A DNA stretch of 64,000 nt, taken from NCBI GenBank assembly GCA_051883515.1, contig JBJETW010000009.1, forward strand, positions 64,421-128,420, in the 5' to 3' direction. The notes beneath the pieces were generated by a model that saw nothing but the letters and a program-made list of their open reading frames with translations, was not told the DNA's origin and did not search any database. Shown one piece after another: positions 29,221-38,022 of the stretch (the stretch's first letter is position 1; the number at the start of each line of letters is the position of its first letter). Source of the DNA: Candidatus Onthoplasma sp. Lineage in GTDB: Bacteria; Bacillota; Clostridia; Christensenellales; UBA1242. Made by a program: the position numbers and the translations under genes.

Positions 29221-29749
29221 AACAGATAATAAATCTATTGCAAATAAGATATTTATCAGAAAAGAAGCAATTAAAAATTTAAAAGAAGCAAGAGTTTTAG
29301 ACTTGTTCGCTGGCAGGAATGTCCTTTGGAATAACATAAAGACAGATAAATATTTTGGAATAGATATAGCAACGAATAAAGGCAAGAACTTAAATGCAGA
29401 CACAAGACAAGTTTTTGATTCAATAGATTTAAGCGAGTTTAATGTGATAGATTGTGATAGTTATGGAATTGCTTTTGATTTATATAAAAAGATATTAACG
29501 AATCCAAATATTAAGAAAGGCACAATAATTATTTACACCTTAATCACTAACGAATTTACAAAAATTCAAAATGAAGCAAAAAAAGAGTTTAATTTTAAAC
29601 ATTTTTATGATAAAGCACCTTCTCTTTTTAATGCCAGAGCTATTGAGTTCTATTATGAAATGCTCGCATATTATGGAATTAAAGAAGTAAACTATTATGC
29701 CATAAGAGACAAATTTGACAAACATTATGGATATTTTATTATAAATTGA
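29201..29749 (+). CDS. RsmD/Trm1-like Rossmann methyltransferase-like protein with atypical motifs
   Basis: AAGGAG - 6 nt - TTG start; VLDLFAGRN (motif I-like) and VIDCDSYG (motif IV position). Confidence 0.5.
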   Translation: MSPQPTKTDNKSIANKIFIRKEAIKNLKEARVLDLFAGRNVLWNNIKTDKYFGIDIATNKGKNLNADTRQVFDSIDLSEFNVIDCDSYGIAFDLYKKILTNPNIKKGTIIIYTLITNEFTKIQNEAKKEFNFKHFYDKAPSLFNARAIEFYYEMLAYYGIKEVNYYAIRDKFDKHYGYFIIN

Positions 29750-29784
29750 TATAAAAAATTGTCAATTTATGATATAATCATTGC

Positions 29785-30606
29785 ATGAGTATAATTTACA
29801 GACCTTGTGGAATGGCGAGAGAATATAGTCCTTATGCTTTAAATATTTACATAGGTTGCAGTCATAGATGCAAATATTGCTATGCTCCACACACATTGCA
29901 ACGTTCAAGTGAAAGTTATTTTGGAAAACCTGAGCCAAGAAAAGATATTTTAAAATTACTTGAAAAAGATTTAAAAAAGAACAAATACACCGAGCAAGTT
30001 CTTTTATCTTTTGTTGGCGATTGTTATTGTGACAGTGTGGACAACGGCGAAACGGTTAGAGAGGTTTTAAAATTATTAAATTACTATAAAGTTCCGGTTG
30101 CAGTTCTTTCTAAAGGTGGCAAAAAAATGCTAAGAGATTTGGACCTGTTTAAAGAATTTGGCGATAGGATTACTGTTGGAACAACCCTAACTTTTTTAGA
30201 TGAAAAGAAATCAAAAGACTGGGAACCTTTTGCTTCCACTCCAAGTGAAAGATTGGAAACTTTAAAAGTTTTGCATGATAACGGAATAAAAACCTTTGCA
30301 AGTTTTGAGCCAACAATCGAACCCGAAGAAAGTTTAAAACTGATTAAGAAAACGCTTGAATTAGACTGCGTTGACCATTACAAAATAGGGAAAATTAACA
30401 ATTACAAGTCCGCTGATAAGTGGCAAGATTGGGAAAAATATTTGCAAGACTGCGTTAATTTGTTAAGACCTACAGGAAAGCAAGTATATTATAAATTTTG
30501 CCTAAGAAAACTTGCGCCAAATATTGAATTAACAGATGCCGAAAAAAATCCTGATGAATATATAGTAAGAACAAATTTGCCGAAACAGACAAGTTTATTT
30601 GACTAA
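29785..30606 (+). CDS. radical SAM protein, SPL/SplB (DNA photolyase-like) family
   Basis: IGCSHRCKYCYA CxxxCxxC cluster near the N-terminus; overall pattern of COG1533-type enzymes. Confidence 0.8.
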   Translation: MSIIYRPCGMAREYSPYALNIYIGCSHRCKYCYAPHTLQRSSESYFGKPEPRKDILKLLEKDLKKNKYTEQVLLSFVGDCYCDSVDNGETVREVLKLLNYYKVPVAVLSKGGKKMLRDLDLFKEFGDRITVGTTLTFLDEKKSKDWEPFASTPSERLETLKVLHDNGIKTFASFEPTIEPEESLKLIKKTLELDCVDHYKIGKINNYKSADKWQDWEKYLQDCVNLLRPTGKQVYYKFCLRKLAPNIELTDAEKNPDEYIVRTNLPKQTSLFD

Positions 30607-30703
30607 GTTTTAATGCTATAAAATGAGTAAATTTTAAAAAAATAAGAATTTTGATTTATTATTATAATAGAATAGAAAATAATTACTACTTATAGGTGAA
30701 AAT

Positions 30704-31111
30704 ATGTTTACAGGTTATTTCGGGAAACTTAAAAGTTATCCTAAGACACGTGGATATAGATTTGTATCAATTGCGAGATTTAATAAATTCTGGAAAGGCG
30801 AAGAATTTAAAAAACTTGCTCCACCTGCTGATATTATTAAAATTGAAGATGCAGAACTTTACACGAAACTTTATTGTGAAAAAGTTTTGAACAAACTAAA
30901 TCCACAGGAAGTTTATGAAGAACTCGGAGAAAATGCGGTGCTACTTTATTATGAAAATTGGGATGACATAAAAGAAGGTAAAACTTTTTGCCATAGAAGA
31001 ATTGTGGCAAAATGGTTAGAAAATAATTTAGGATTAAAAATAGAAGAATTGGATAATGAAATCAATGATAAACAAAATTTAAAAAAGACTTATAAAAAGA
31101 AATTTAATTAG
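30704..31111 (+). CDS. DUF488-like protein
   Basis: MFTGYFGKLK...SIAR...LAPP...LLYYEN...FCHRRIVAKWL pattern typical of phage-type DUF488. Confidence 0.55.
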   Translation: MFTGYFGKLKSYPKTRGYRFVSIARFNKFWKGEEFKKLAPPADIIKIEDAELYTKLYCEKVLNKLNPQEVYEELGENAVLLYYENWDDIKEGKTFCHRRIVAKWLENNLGLKIEELDNEINDKQNLKKTYKKKFN

Positions 31112-31262
31112 ATGAGCCTAAATTCTTTGTTTTATAAATAAATTATTGGATTATTTTTCTTTTAGGCATATTTAAGTGTGCAATAAGCACCACTTTTGTA
31201 TGTTTCTACTATATGACAAACGATGATATCGCTATTATCAATTATCCATTCGTTGCGTTTAA

Positions 31263-31955
31263 CTATTTTTTATTGCTGACAAAGTTAAAAGACCAAAGAT
31301 TGAAAAATTTAAAGCAAGTTTTTATTCAGCAGATGAAATTGAGAAATTGTTTGAAGCTATCAAAGAACACGAATGCAGATTATCTATAATGTTAACTGCA
31401 ATGTGTGGATTTAGATGAAGCGAAGTTTTAGGACTTAAATGGCAAGCAATAGATTTTGATAACAAATTAATCTATGTTCAACATAAAGTTATAGAAACTC
31501 AACTTGATGGCGAAAGGTTGATATACAAAGCTGACAAAATGAAAAATAAGACAAGCCATAGAGTTCTACCACTCTTACCACAATTAGAAGAATTGCTGTT
31601 AAAGAAAAAAGAAAGCATTGAGAAAAACAAAACAATGCTTGGTAAATCTTATAATGACAAATACTTCGATTATGTTTGTGTTGATAATATTGGAAGATTG
31701 ATTTTGCCTAATAGATTAACTAAAAACTTTATTAAGATATTAAGAAAGAATAACTTGCGAAAGATAAGATTTCACGATTTAAGGCACTCTTGTGCGAGTA
31801 TAATGCTTGCCAATGGTGTTCCAATGAAACAAATACAAGAATGGTTAGGTCATTCAATATTCCAAACCACCAATGATATTTACACTCACTTAGACATTAA
31901 TGTTAAAAAAGAAGATATATTAAATCTTTATAAAGATTTATATCCAAAATTTTGA
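31263..31955 (+). pseudogene. tyrosine integrase remnant (N-terminally truncated, in-frame TGA at 31416)
   Basis: ...CGFR*SEVLGLKWQAIDFDN...RFHDLRHSCASIML...LGHSIFQTTNDIYTHL; only ~230 codons; box I Arg, HxxR and the catalytic Tyr region recognisable. Confidence 0.85.
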
Positions 31956-32033
31956 CCCAACTTTTGACCCAACTTTTTTGCCTAAAACTTGATTTTTTGT
32001 CATTTTCACGCACTTTTAATTTGACCCAATAAA

Positions 32034-32063
32034 AATAAAAAAAACACCTATAAAATAGATGTT
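32034..32063 (-). terminator. terminator of tRNA-Leu
   Basis: AACATCTA-TTTTA-TAGGTGTT hairpin plus T-run on the minus strand; part of the att repeat. Confidence 0.7.
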
Positions 32064-32069
32064 TTTCGC

Positions 32070-32155
32070 TGGTGCCGGTGGACGGGGTCGAACCGTCATG
32101 ATGTTGCCATCGCAAGATTTTGAGTCTTGTGCGTCTGCCATTTCGCCACACCGGC
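32070..32155 (-). tRNA. tRNA-Leu(CAA), class II, encoded CCA
   Basis: GCCGGTG acceptor, GCG/CGC D-stem, anticodon arm CAAGA-CTCAAAA-TCTTG, long variable arm, GACGG-TTCGACC-CCGTC T-arm, CACCGGC-A-CCA. Confidence 0.93.
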
Positions 32156-32431
32156 ATATTTTGATTAAGATAATTTGTTCGTCTTGAAACTTTACAATTG
32201 CTAAGCACAAGACTTTCAGGTTCCCACAAAACACACCGTGTTGCAGTGGGGAGAGGAACAACCGACCAAAGGGCGCTGTTTGTGAGTTCACTCATCAAAC
32301 GAGCAAAAGGTCGAGTTGCGACGAGCGTCTGCCATTTCGCCACACCGGCATATTTGGATAAAGATAATTTGTTCGTCTTGAAACTTTATAATTAACAAGT
32401 ACAAGACTTTCAGGGTTCCCACAAAACACAT
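32131..32431. repeat. ~105-bp direct repeat (tRNA-Leu 5' 25 nt + ~80 nt upstream) x2, 195-bp period
   Basis: 32131-32235 vs 32326-32431, about 8 mismatches by eye; the copies enclose a G+C-rich 90-bp unique segment. Confidence 0.85.
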
Positions 32432-32630
32432 CATTTTACTATTGCCGTGTTTTTGTTGTATCAAAACATATAATAAAATTTTGATAACATGTTAAATATA
32501 ACATATATTTTTTGTTTTGGCAAGAGATTTTTAAAATTTTGTCTATTCTTTTATTATTTTAAATGGTTAAAAAATATAATCAATATAAAATTCAAGTTGG
32601 AATTCAAGACAATATCGTTGAACAATTTGA

Positions 32631-32659
32631 TTGTAAAAAGGTGAGTTTTGTGTTATAAT
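32631..32659 (+). promoter_or_regulatory. polA promoter (possibly giving a leaderless mRNA)
   Basis: TTGTAA - 17 nt - TGtTATAAT; the -10 ends 7 nt before the ATG at 32666. Confidence 0.55.
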
Positions 32660-32665
32660 ATAATT

Positions 32666-35200
32666 ATGGAAAAATTTGTTGTTATTGATGGAAACAGTTT
32701 AATTAATCGCGCGTTTTATGCTTTGCCAATGTTAAAAAGCAAAAGTGGAAGACCTTGTGGGGCGACATTTGGTTTCATTAACATGATGCTTGGTGTGTGT
32801 TTAAGCGAAAAACCAAAATATTTGGTTTGCGTTTTTGATGCCGGGAAACATACTTTCAGAACTGATATGTATGCTGAATATAAAGCAAACAGAGACCACA
32901 TGCCGGAAGATTTGTTTTTGCAACTTCAAGACCTTAAACATCTTTTAAAATCAATGGGTGTTTGTGTTATGGAACAACCCGAAATTGAGGCAGATGACAT
33001 TGTTGGGTCAATAACGAGAAAATTTGATGCTGAATTTATCTTGTTGTCTGGTGATAAAGACCTTTTTCAATTAATTAGTGATAAAACCACAGTTTGGCAC
33101 ACAAAACGTGGCATAACTGATGTTATAAAACTCAACGAAGAAATGTTGCAAAAAGAATATTCGCTAAAACCATATCAAGTTATTGAGTTGAAAGCGATTA
33201 TGGGAGATAGTTCAGACAATATTCCAGGAGTTTCTGGAATTGGAAAAGTTGGGGCGATGAAATTGATTGAAGAATATGACAACATTGACAACATTTACGC
33301 GCACATTGACGAAATTAAAGGGGCAACTCAAAAAAAATTAATAGACGGAAAAGATATGGCATATCTTTCGAAACAACTTGCCACAATCAAACTTGATGTT
33401 GATTTAAATTGTTCAATTGAAGATTGTGAATTTCACATTCCTTTCAATAAAGACACATATGATATCATGCAAGAACTGGATTTTCAATCAATTTTAAAGA
33501 AAACTGAACTTTTTAATTTAGATGGCAAAGATTTAAAAAACAAAGATGAACAATCGGAAAAAATTGATGCAAAACTTGTTGAAATTGAAAATGAAAGCCA
33601 AATTGAAGAGATGATTGAATCGACAAAGAGCAAATGTGCAATCACTTTTGATGATTTGTCAATGAGAGTTTCAAATGGTGAGACGGAGTATGTTGTCTAC
33701 ACAAGCGGAGATTGCTTTGTTAAAAACTTTGATAAAATAAAAAAAATATTTGCAAATAACACTCAAATTGTGTGTTTTGATGCAAAACAATTAATGCACA
33801 ATTTGGATAAATACGATGTTGAAATAAAAAATTATTTTGATGTTTCTTTGGCGATTTATGTTGCCAATGAAATGGACGCAGAAATCAAAATTCAAGATGC
33901 TTTGAAATTGAATAATATTGAAACAGAATTTATTGCCACAAGTCTATTTAAACTCAAAGAAATTTACGTTGAAAAATTGATTAATAATTTTCAACTTAAA
34001 CTTTTTTCTGATATCGAATTGCCACTTGTTAGAGTTTTGTTTCAAATGGAAAAGGACGGAATTTCAATTGATGTTGAGCAAATTAAGTCATTAAGTGCAA
34101 TTTATCATGAAGAATTAAAAAATTTGACACAAAAAATTTACACACTTGCTGGCTCAGAATTTAATATTAACAGTCCAAAACAACTACAATCAATTTTATT
34201 TGACAAATTAGGAATTGAATATAAGGGTAAAAACGGCACATCGGTTGAAGTGCTGAATGCAATTCAAGACAAGCATGAAATTGTGCCATATATTATTAGA
34301 TATAGAAAAATTTCCAAATTAATTAGCACTTATATCGACGGAATGTTGAATTATGTTGATGTTGACGGAAAAATTCACACAACATACATGCAAAGAACGA
34401 CGTCAACAGGAAGACTTTCAAGCAGAGAACCAAATTTACAAAATTTGCCAATACGAGATGATGAAGGAAAGGCACTCAGAAAAATGTTTTCTAGTTCGTT
34501 TGGAAATGGAACGCTTATAAGTGCTGATTACAATCAAATTGAATTGCGTTTGATTGCAAATTTCAGCGGTGACGAAAATATGATAAGTGATTATTTATCT
34601 GGCAAGGATATTCACACAGCAACGGCATCAAAAATTTTCAATGTGTCAATCAAAGATGTGACTCCGCAACAAAGGCGTGTCGCAAAATCTGTGAACTTCG
34701 GGATTGTGTATGGAATTAGTGCATACGGACTCAGTCAAAACATAAATTGTTCACCAAAAGAGGCTGGAGATTTCATAAAAAAATATATGGAGATATATCC
34801 AAAAGTCAAAGAATATGGTGACAAGTGTGTTGAAGAAGCGAGAGCAAATGGCTATGCAAAAACCATTATGGGAAGAGTCCGTCACATTCCAGACATCAAT
34901 TCGCGAAACGCGGTTATGCGAGCATTTGGTGAGCGCGTTGCAAAAAATATGCCATTGCAGGGCAGTGCAAGTGACATCATTAAAATTGCAATGATACGAG
35001 TGTTTGACGAAATGAAAAAGCAAAAATTAAAAAGTAAACTTATAATTCAAATTCATGATGAATTGGTTGTCGATTGTTTCCCTGGTGAAAGCGAAAAGGT
35101 TAAACAAATTTTAAAAAATGAAATGGAGTCGGTGGTGTCTTTAACTGTTCCACTGATTGTTGAAGTGAGCGAAGGGAAGACTTTGTTTGACGCTAAGTAG
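32666..35200 (+). CDS. polA: DNA polymerase I
   Basis: 5'-nuclease MEKFVVIDGNSLINRAFYALP; polymerase motifs ISADYNQIELRL, RRVAKSVNFGIVYG, IQIHDELV; track ORF starts at an upstream TTG (32648). Confidence 0.93.
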   Translation: MEKFVVIDGNSLINRAFYALPMLKSKSGRPCGATFGFINMMLGVCLSEKPKYLVCVFDAGKHTFRTDMYAEYKANRDHMPEDLFLQLQDLKHLLKSMGVCVMEQPEIEADDIVGSITRKFDAEFILLSGDKDLFQLISDKTTVWHTKRGITDVIKLNEEMLQKEYSLKPYQVIELKAIMGDSSDNIPGVSGIGKVGAMKLIEEYDNIDNIYAHIDEIKGATQKKLIDGKDMAYLSKQLATIKLDVDLNCSIEDCEFHIPFNKDTYDIMQELDFQSILKKTELFNLDGKDLKNKDEQSEKIDAKLVEIENESQIEEMIESTKSKCAITFDDLSMRVSNGETEYVVYTSGDCFVKNFDKIKKIFANNTQIVCFDAKQLMHNLDKYDVEIKNYFDVSLAIYVANEMDAEIKIQDALKLNNIETEFIATSLFKLKEIYVEKLINNFQLKLFSDIELPLVRVLFQMEKDGISIDVEQIKSLSAIYHEELKNLTQKIYTLAGSEFNINSPKQLQSILFDKLGIEYKGKNGTSVEVLNAIQDKHEIVPYIIRYRKISKLISTYIDGMLNYVDVDGKIHTTYMQRTTSTGRLSSREPNLQNLPIRDDEGKALRKMFSSSFGNGTLISADYNQIELRLIANFSGDENMISDYLSGKDIHTATASKIFNVSIKDVTPQQRRVAKSVNFGIVYGISAYGLSQNINCSPKEAGDFIKKYMEIYPKVKEYGDKCVEEARANGYAKTIMGRVRHIPDINSRNAVMRAFGERVAKNMPLQGSASDIIKIAMIRVFDEMKKQKLKSKLIIQIHDELVVDCFPGESEKVKQILKNEMESVVSLTVPLIVEVSEGKTLFDAK

Positions 35201-35351
35201 GTTTAAAATATTATTTTGCCGATTTAAAAACAATATATAATTTTTTATAATTCATTAAAAATAAATAAAAAATTAATAAAAACATTATAAAAAAGCACAA
35301 AATTATGAAAAAAATTTGTGTTTTTTTGTGTTTTTATATAAAATTATTAAA

Positions 35352-36659
35352 ATGGAAAATCAAAACGCAGATAAGTATCTAAATAGAAATGTAAAATTAT
35401 TCCCTTGTGTAAATGCTTTGGCGTGGGACATTTTGTTCGCGTGGACAATCTCCACAATGTTTTTCACAAATGTCAAAGGGCTGAGCAATTCGCAAGTCAT
35501 AATGTTGGATTCATTTTTGATGTTGTTTGGTTGTTTGTTTTGTATTCCAATATCGAAAATATTTGAAAAAGTGAATTCTGTGACATCGACAAGAATCGGT
35601 TTGTTGGGTTATGTCGCTTATATTTTAATTGTGATATTTTCACCAAAAGGTTGTTTTCCTTTGTTTGTTTTGGCTCAACCATTTTTGGCTTTTGGATATG
35701 CAATTGAAAGTGTTAAAACAAATCAAATTTTGGTAAACTCACTTGCCATTCAAAATCGAGATAAAGAATATCAAAAAGTTTATGGCAAGAGCATGTTCTT
35801 GTTTTATCTCATGGAAGCGATTGGTGCCATTGCGGTGACATATGCTTACTCATGGAATCCATATTCAGCATTTTGGCTTTCTCTTGGCATGATTATGATT
35901 GCGGAAATTTTATTGATATTTGTTAAAGAACCAACGAAATTTCAAGCAAGAAACATTTCCATTGAAGGAAAAACTGAAACCAAAAAAGAAAAACCTGATT
36001 CATATTTCAAAATTATTGGCTCGTTTTTCTTTTTGAGTTTGCTCATATACATGTTCTTCTTCAGGGGCATGATGTCTATAGTTGGCAGTGCATTTAAAGT
36101 ATACCTTCAACAATTGACGAGCAACAATTCAATTCCAATTTGGTCATTTGGATATATTTATGCGGTGTATAAACTAGGCACTGCAATTTCAAGCAAATTT
36201 CAATTCAAAATTGATTTAAAATTTGGAGTTAGAAGTATTTTATTGTTTTTAATTGGTGCAATTTTAACTTTTGCTTTGACTGGAGCGCTTTATTTAATAA
36301 ATCCATATTCCGTTCCAATTATTATTGCTGTTATTTTGTTAACATATCTCCAAGGGACTATTAGAATACCAAATGGAATATTTATGAACAATTATATGCA
36401 AATTTGCATTCCCAAAAAGAACATTGAGCGCGCATACGCAATACGCACAACAGTGGAATATTTAGGTTATGCAATAATAAGTGGGGTATATGCACAACTT
36501 TTGGGCGTGTTTAATGATAACTATGGATTAACCAATTTGGTTTATATTGGAATTTTGATTTTACCGCTTTGCATTTCATGCGGGTTCTTCATTAGAGCAT
36601 TAATCAAACAATACTCACGAAAACGGACAATAATAAAAAAGGAATATACAGAAGATTAG
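35352..36659 (+). CDS. MFS-type transporter
   Basis: About 12 hydrophobic segments with a central hydrophilic loop; ATG at 35352 in frame with track ORF 35316. Confidence 0.6.
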   Translation: MENQNADKYLNRNVKLFPCVNALAWDILFAWTISTMFFTNVKGLSNSQVIMLDSFLMLFGCLFCIPISKIFEKVNSVTSTRIGLLGYVAYILIVIFSPKGCFPLFVLAQPFLAFGYAIESVKTNQILVNSLAIQNRDKEYQKVYGKSMFLFYLMEAIGAIAVTYAYSWNPYSAFWLSLGMIMIAEILLIFVKEPTKFQARNISIEGKTETKKEKPDSYFKIIGSFFFLSLLIYMFFFRGMMSIVGSAFKVYLQQLTSNNSIPIWSFGYIYAVYKLGTAISSKFQFKIDLKFGVRSILLFLIGAILTFALTGALYLINPYSVPIIIAVILLTYLQGTIRIPNGIFMNNYMQICIPKKNIERAYAIRTTVEYLGYAIISGVYAQLLGVFNDNYGLTNLVYIGILILPLCISCGFFIRALIKQYSRKRTIIKKEYTED

Positions 36660-36857
36660 TTTAAATTTTATATATAAAAATGTTTAATAAGACGAGAATG
36701 TATCTCGTTTTTTTAGTAAAATTTATGTTTTTGGTTATAAATAATTGGTATTTTAAAAAAATCAAGTAGAGATAATTTTAAAGTTTTTATTGTTCAGTAG
36801 ATTATGAATCATTAATTTAGTGATGTCGCAAGAAAAAAAGAGCAAATGCTCTTTTGG

Positions 36858-37128
36858 TTGATTGCACATCTCGACTTGAAATAGGTTAATTGCTGGCATG
36901 CTAAACAGACACTCCATCAAAGCAACCTTATAGCACATATCGTATCCTTCTTAATGCTGCTACCTTCCGGTCCTGACATGATTCGTAGGGCAATATTGTA
37001 TAAGACCTTGATTTCAACATGTCAATTTATCACTCAACACAATCAATCCTAATCCGCACCGAGCATTCAATCTCGCTGTAGTGGATTGCGAGTTCAGGGC
37101 ACCACTAGCTCCCCATCTAGTGCAATCT
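36858..37128 (-). ncRNA. ffs: signal recognition particle RNA, long Bacillus-type (with Alu domain)
   Basis: Minus strand carries GTCAGGACCGGAAGGTAGCAGC (domain IV motif); 5' AGATTGCAC pairs with 3' GTGCAATC; consensus promoter upstream and hairpin+T7 terminator (36832-36854) downstream. Confidence 0.8.
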
Positions 37129-37133
37129 TTACT

Positions 37134-37162
37134 ATTATACATTAAATTTGTATGAAATTCAA
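37134..37162 (-). promoter_or_regulatory. SRP RNA promoter
   Basis: TTGAAT - 17 nt - TATAAT on the minus strand. Confidence 0.75.
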
Positions 37163-37305
37163 CACTTTTTATGATTTTGTTTTAAAATTTTTTGTCGATT
37201 GTGTGGGAGTTGGCAAGCGACATAAAACAAAAATTGTTAAAGACGTTAAAATTTGATTTGTAATTTTTTGATATTATGATATAATCATAAAAGTATGGAG
37301 TGAAT

Positions 37306-38022
37306 ATGGTTTCAAATGCGGAAAGATTTATAAAAGCGTATAACACAATAGATTATAGTTTGAGAACAATCTACGATTTCAAGCGAAGTTTATCGTTCAG
37401 TGATGTTGTTAGACGTTCGGTTGTGCTCAATGCCGTCGTTAGGAAATATGAAGAAGATTTAATTGATTTTGGACGACTTAGAAATGCAATCATTCACCAA
37501 GGCAACAGCAAATATATCATTGCAGAACCGCATGACGACATTGTGGATAAAATTGAAAAAATTGCGCAGTTGATTTCCGAACCACCGGAAGTGATTGACA
37601 CAGTCGGCAACAAGGAAGTTATCACAATTTCTCACGACATGAACTTAGGCAAGGCAATTGAGTTGATTTATAGAACAGGGTACTCAAATCTTCCAGTGTA
37701 TGATGTTGACCATTTAATTGGCATTTTAAATGGAAGAAAATTGATAAATTTAATTGGACAAACAATCAGTGAAGGAAAAAATCTTCAAGAGTTTATCGAC
37801 AACACAACGGTTGGCGAGATAATATCACAAATGGGAGATGATTATTATTTCATGATTGCAGACGAAAAATTGACTGTTGATGAAGCGATGAATTATTTTG
37901 AAAACAACAGAAAACTTTTGATTATTTTAATAACAAAAGAAGGTAAAGACACTGGCAAACCACTTAGAATTGTGTCTTCTGCTGATATAATTGACATGAA
38001 GAAAATTTTGGACGTGTATTGA
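37306..38022 (+). CDS. HEPN-like (Rx4H) N-terminal domain fused to a CBS pair
   Basis: GGAG SD + ATG at 37306; FGRLRNAIIHQG; C-terminal tandem CBS (YSNLPVYDVDHLIGILN ... LLIILITKEGKDTGKPLRIVSSADI). Confidence 0.6.
   Translation: MVSNAERFIKAYNTIDYSLRTIYDFKRSLSFSDVVRRSVVLNAVVRKYEEDLIDFGRLRNAIIHQGNSKYIIAEPHDDIVDKIEKIAQLISEPPEVIDTVGNKEVITISHDMNLGKAIELIYRTGYSNLPVYDVDHLIGILNGRKLINLIGQTISEGKNLQEFIDNTTVGEIISQMGDDYYFMIADEKLTVDEAMNYFENNRKLLIILITKEGKDTGKPLRIVSSADIIDMKKILDVY

Larger units (their letters stand above)
27895..32069. mobile_element. decayed ~4.2-kb tyrosine-integrase island (phage-satellite-like) in tRNA-Leu
   Basis: Flanked by direct copies of the tRNA 3' half plus terminator; integrase pseudogene at the tRNA-proximal end; small terminase gene. 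Confidence 0.7.

Noticed and set aside
31416-31418. In-frame TGA in the integrase read as Trp (genetic code 4)
   Set aside because: Host genes clearly use TGA as a stop (e.g. minD ends at TGA 43314-43316, overlapping the minE ATG). All long ORFs are intact under the standard code. The integrase is also N-terminally truncated, so a pseudogene is the simpler reading.
32270-32300. Hammerhead-ribozyme-like string TTGATGAGTGAACTCACAAAC (minus strand) in the segment between the tRNA-Leu 5' repeats
   Set aside because: After the short stem there is CAAAC, not the required GAAA core (no G12). Stem II would be only 3-4 bp, and no cleavage-site helix is evident.
32236-32350. A second functional tRNA gene upstream of tRNA-Leu
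   Set aside because: Only the first 25 nt match a tRNA. No anticodon arm, T-arm or complementary acceptor 3' strand can be drawn, and the candidate would be about 112 nt long.
31903-32395. Track ORFs 31903-32343(-), 32016-32291(-) and 32198-32395(+)
   Set aside because: They run across the tRNA-Leu gene, its terminator and the repeat region. They have no SD and are explained by the RNA/repeat features.
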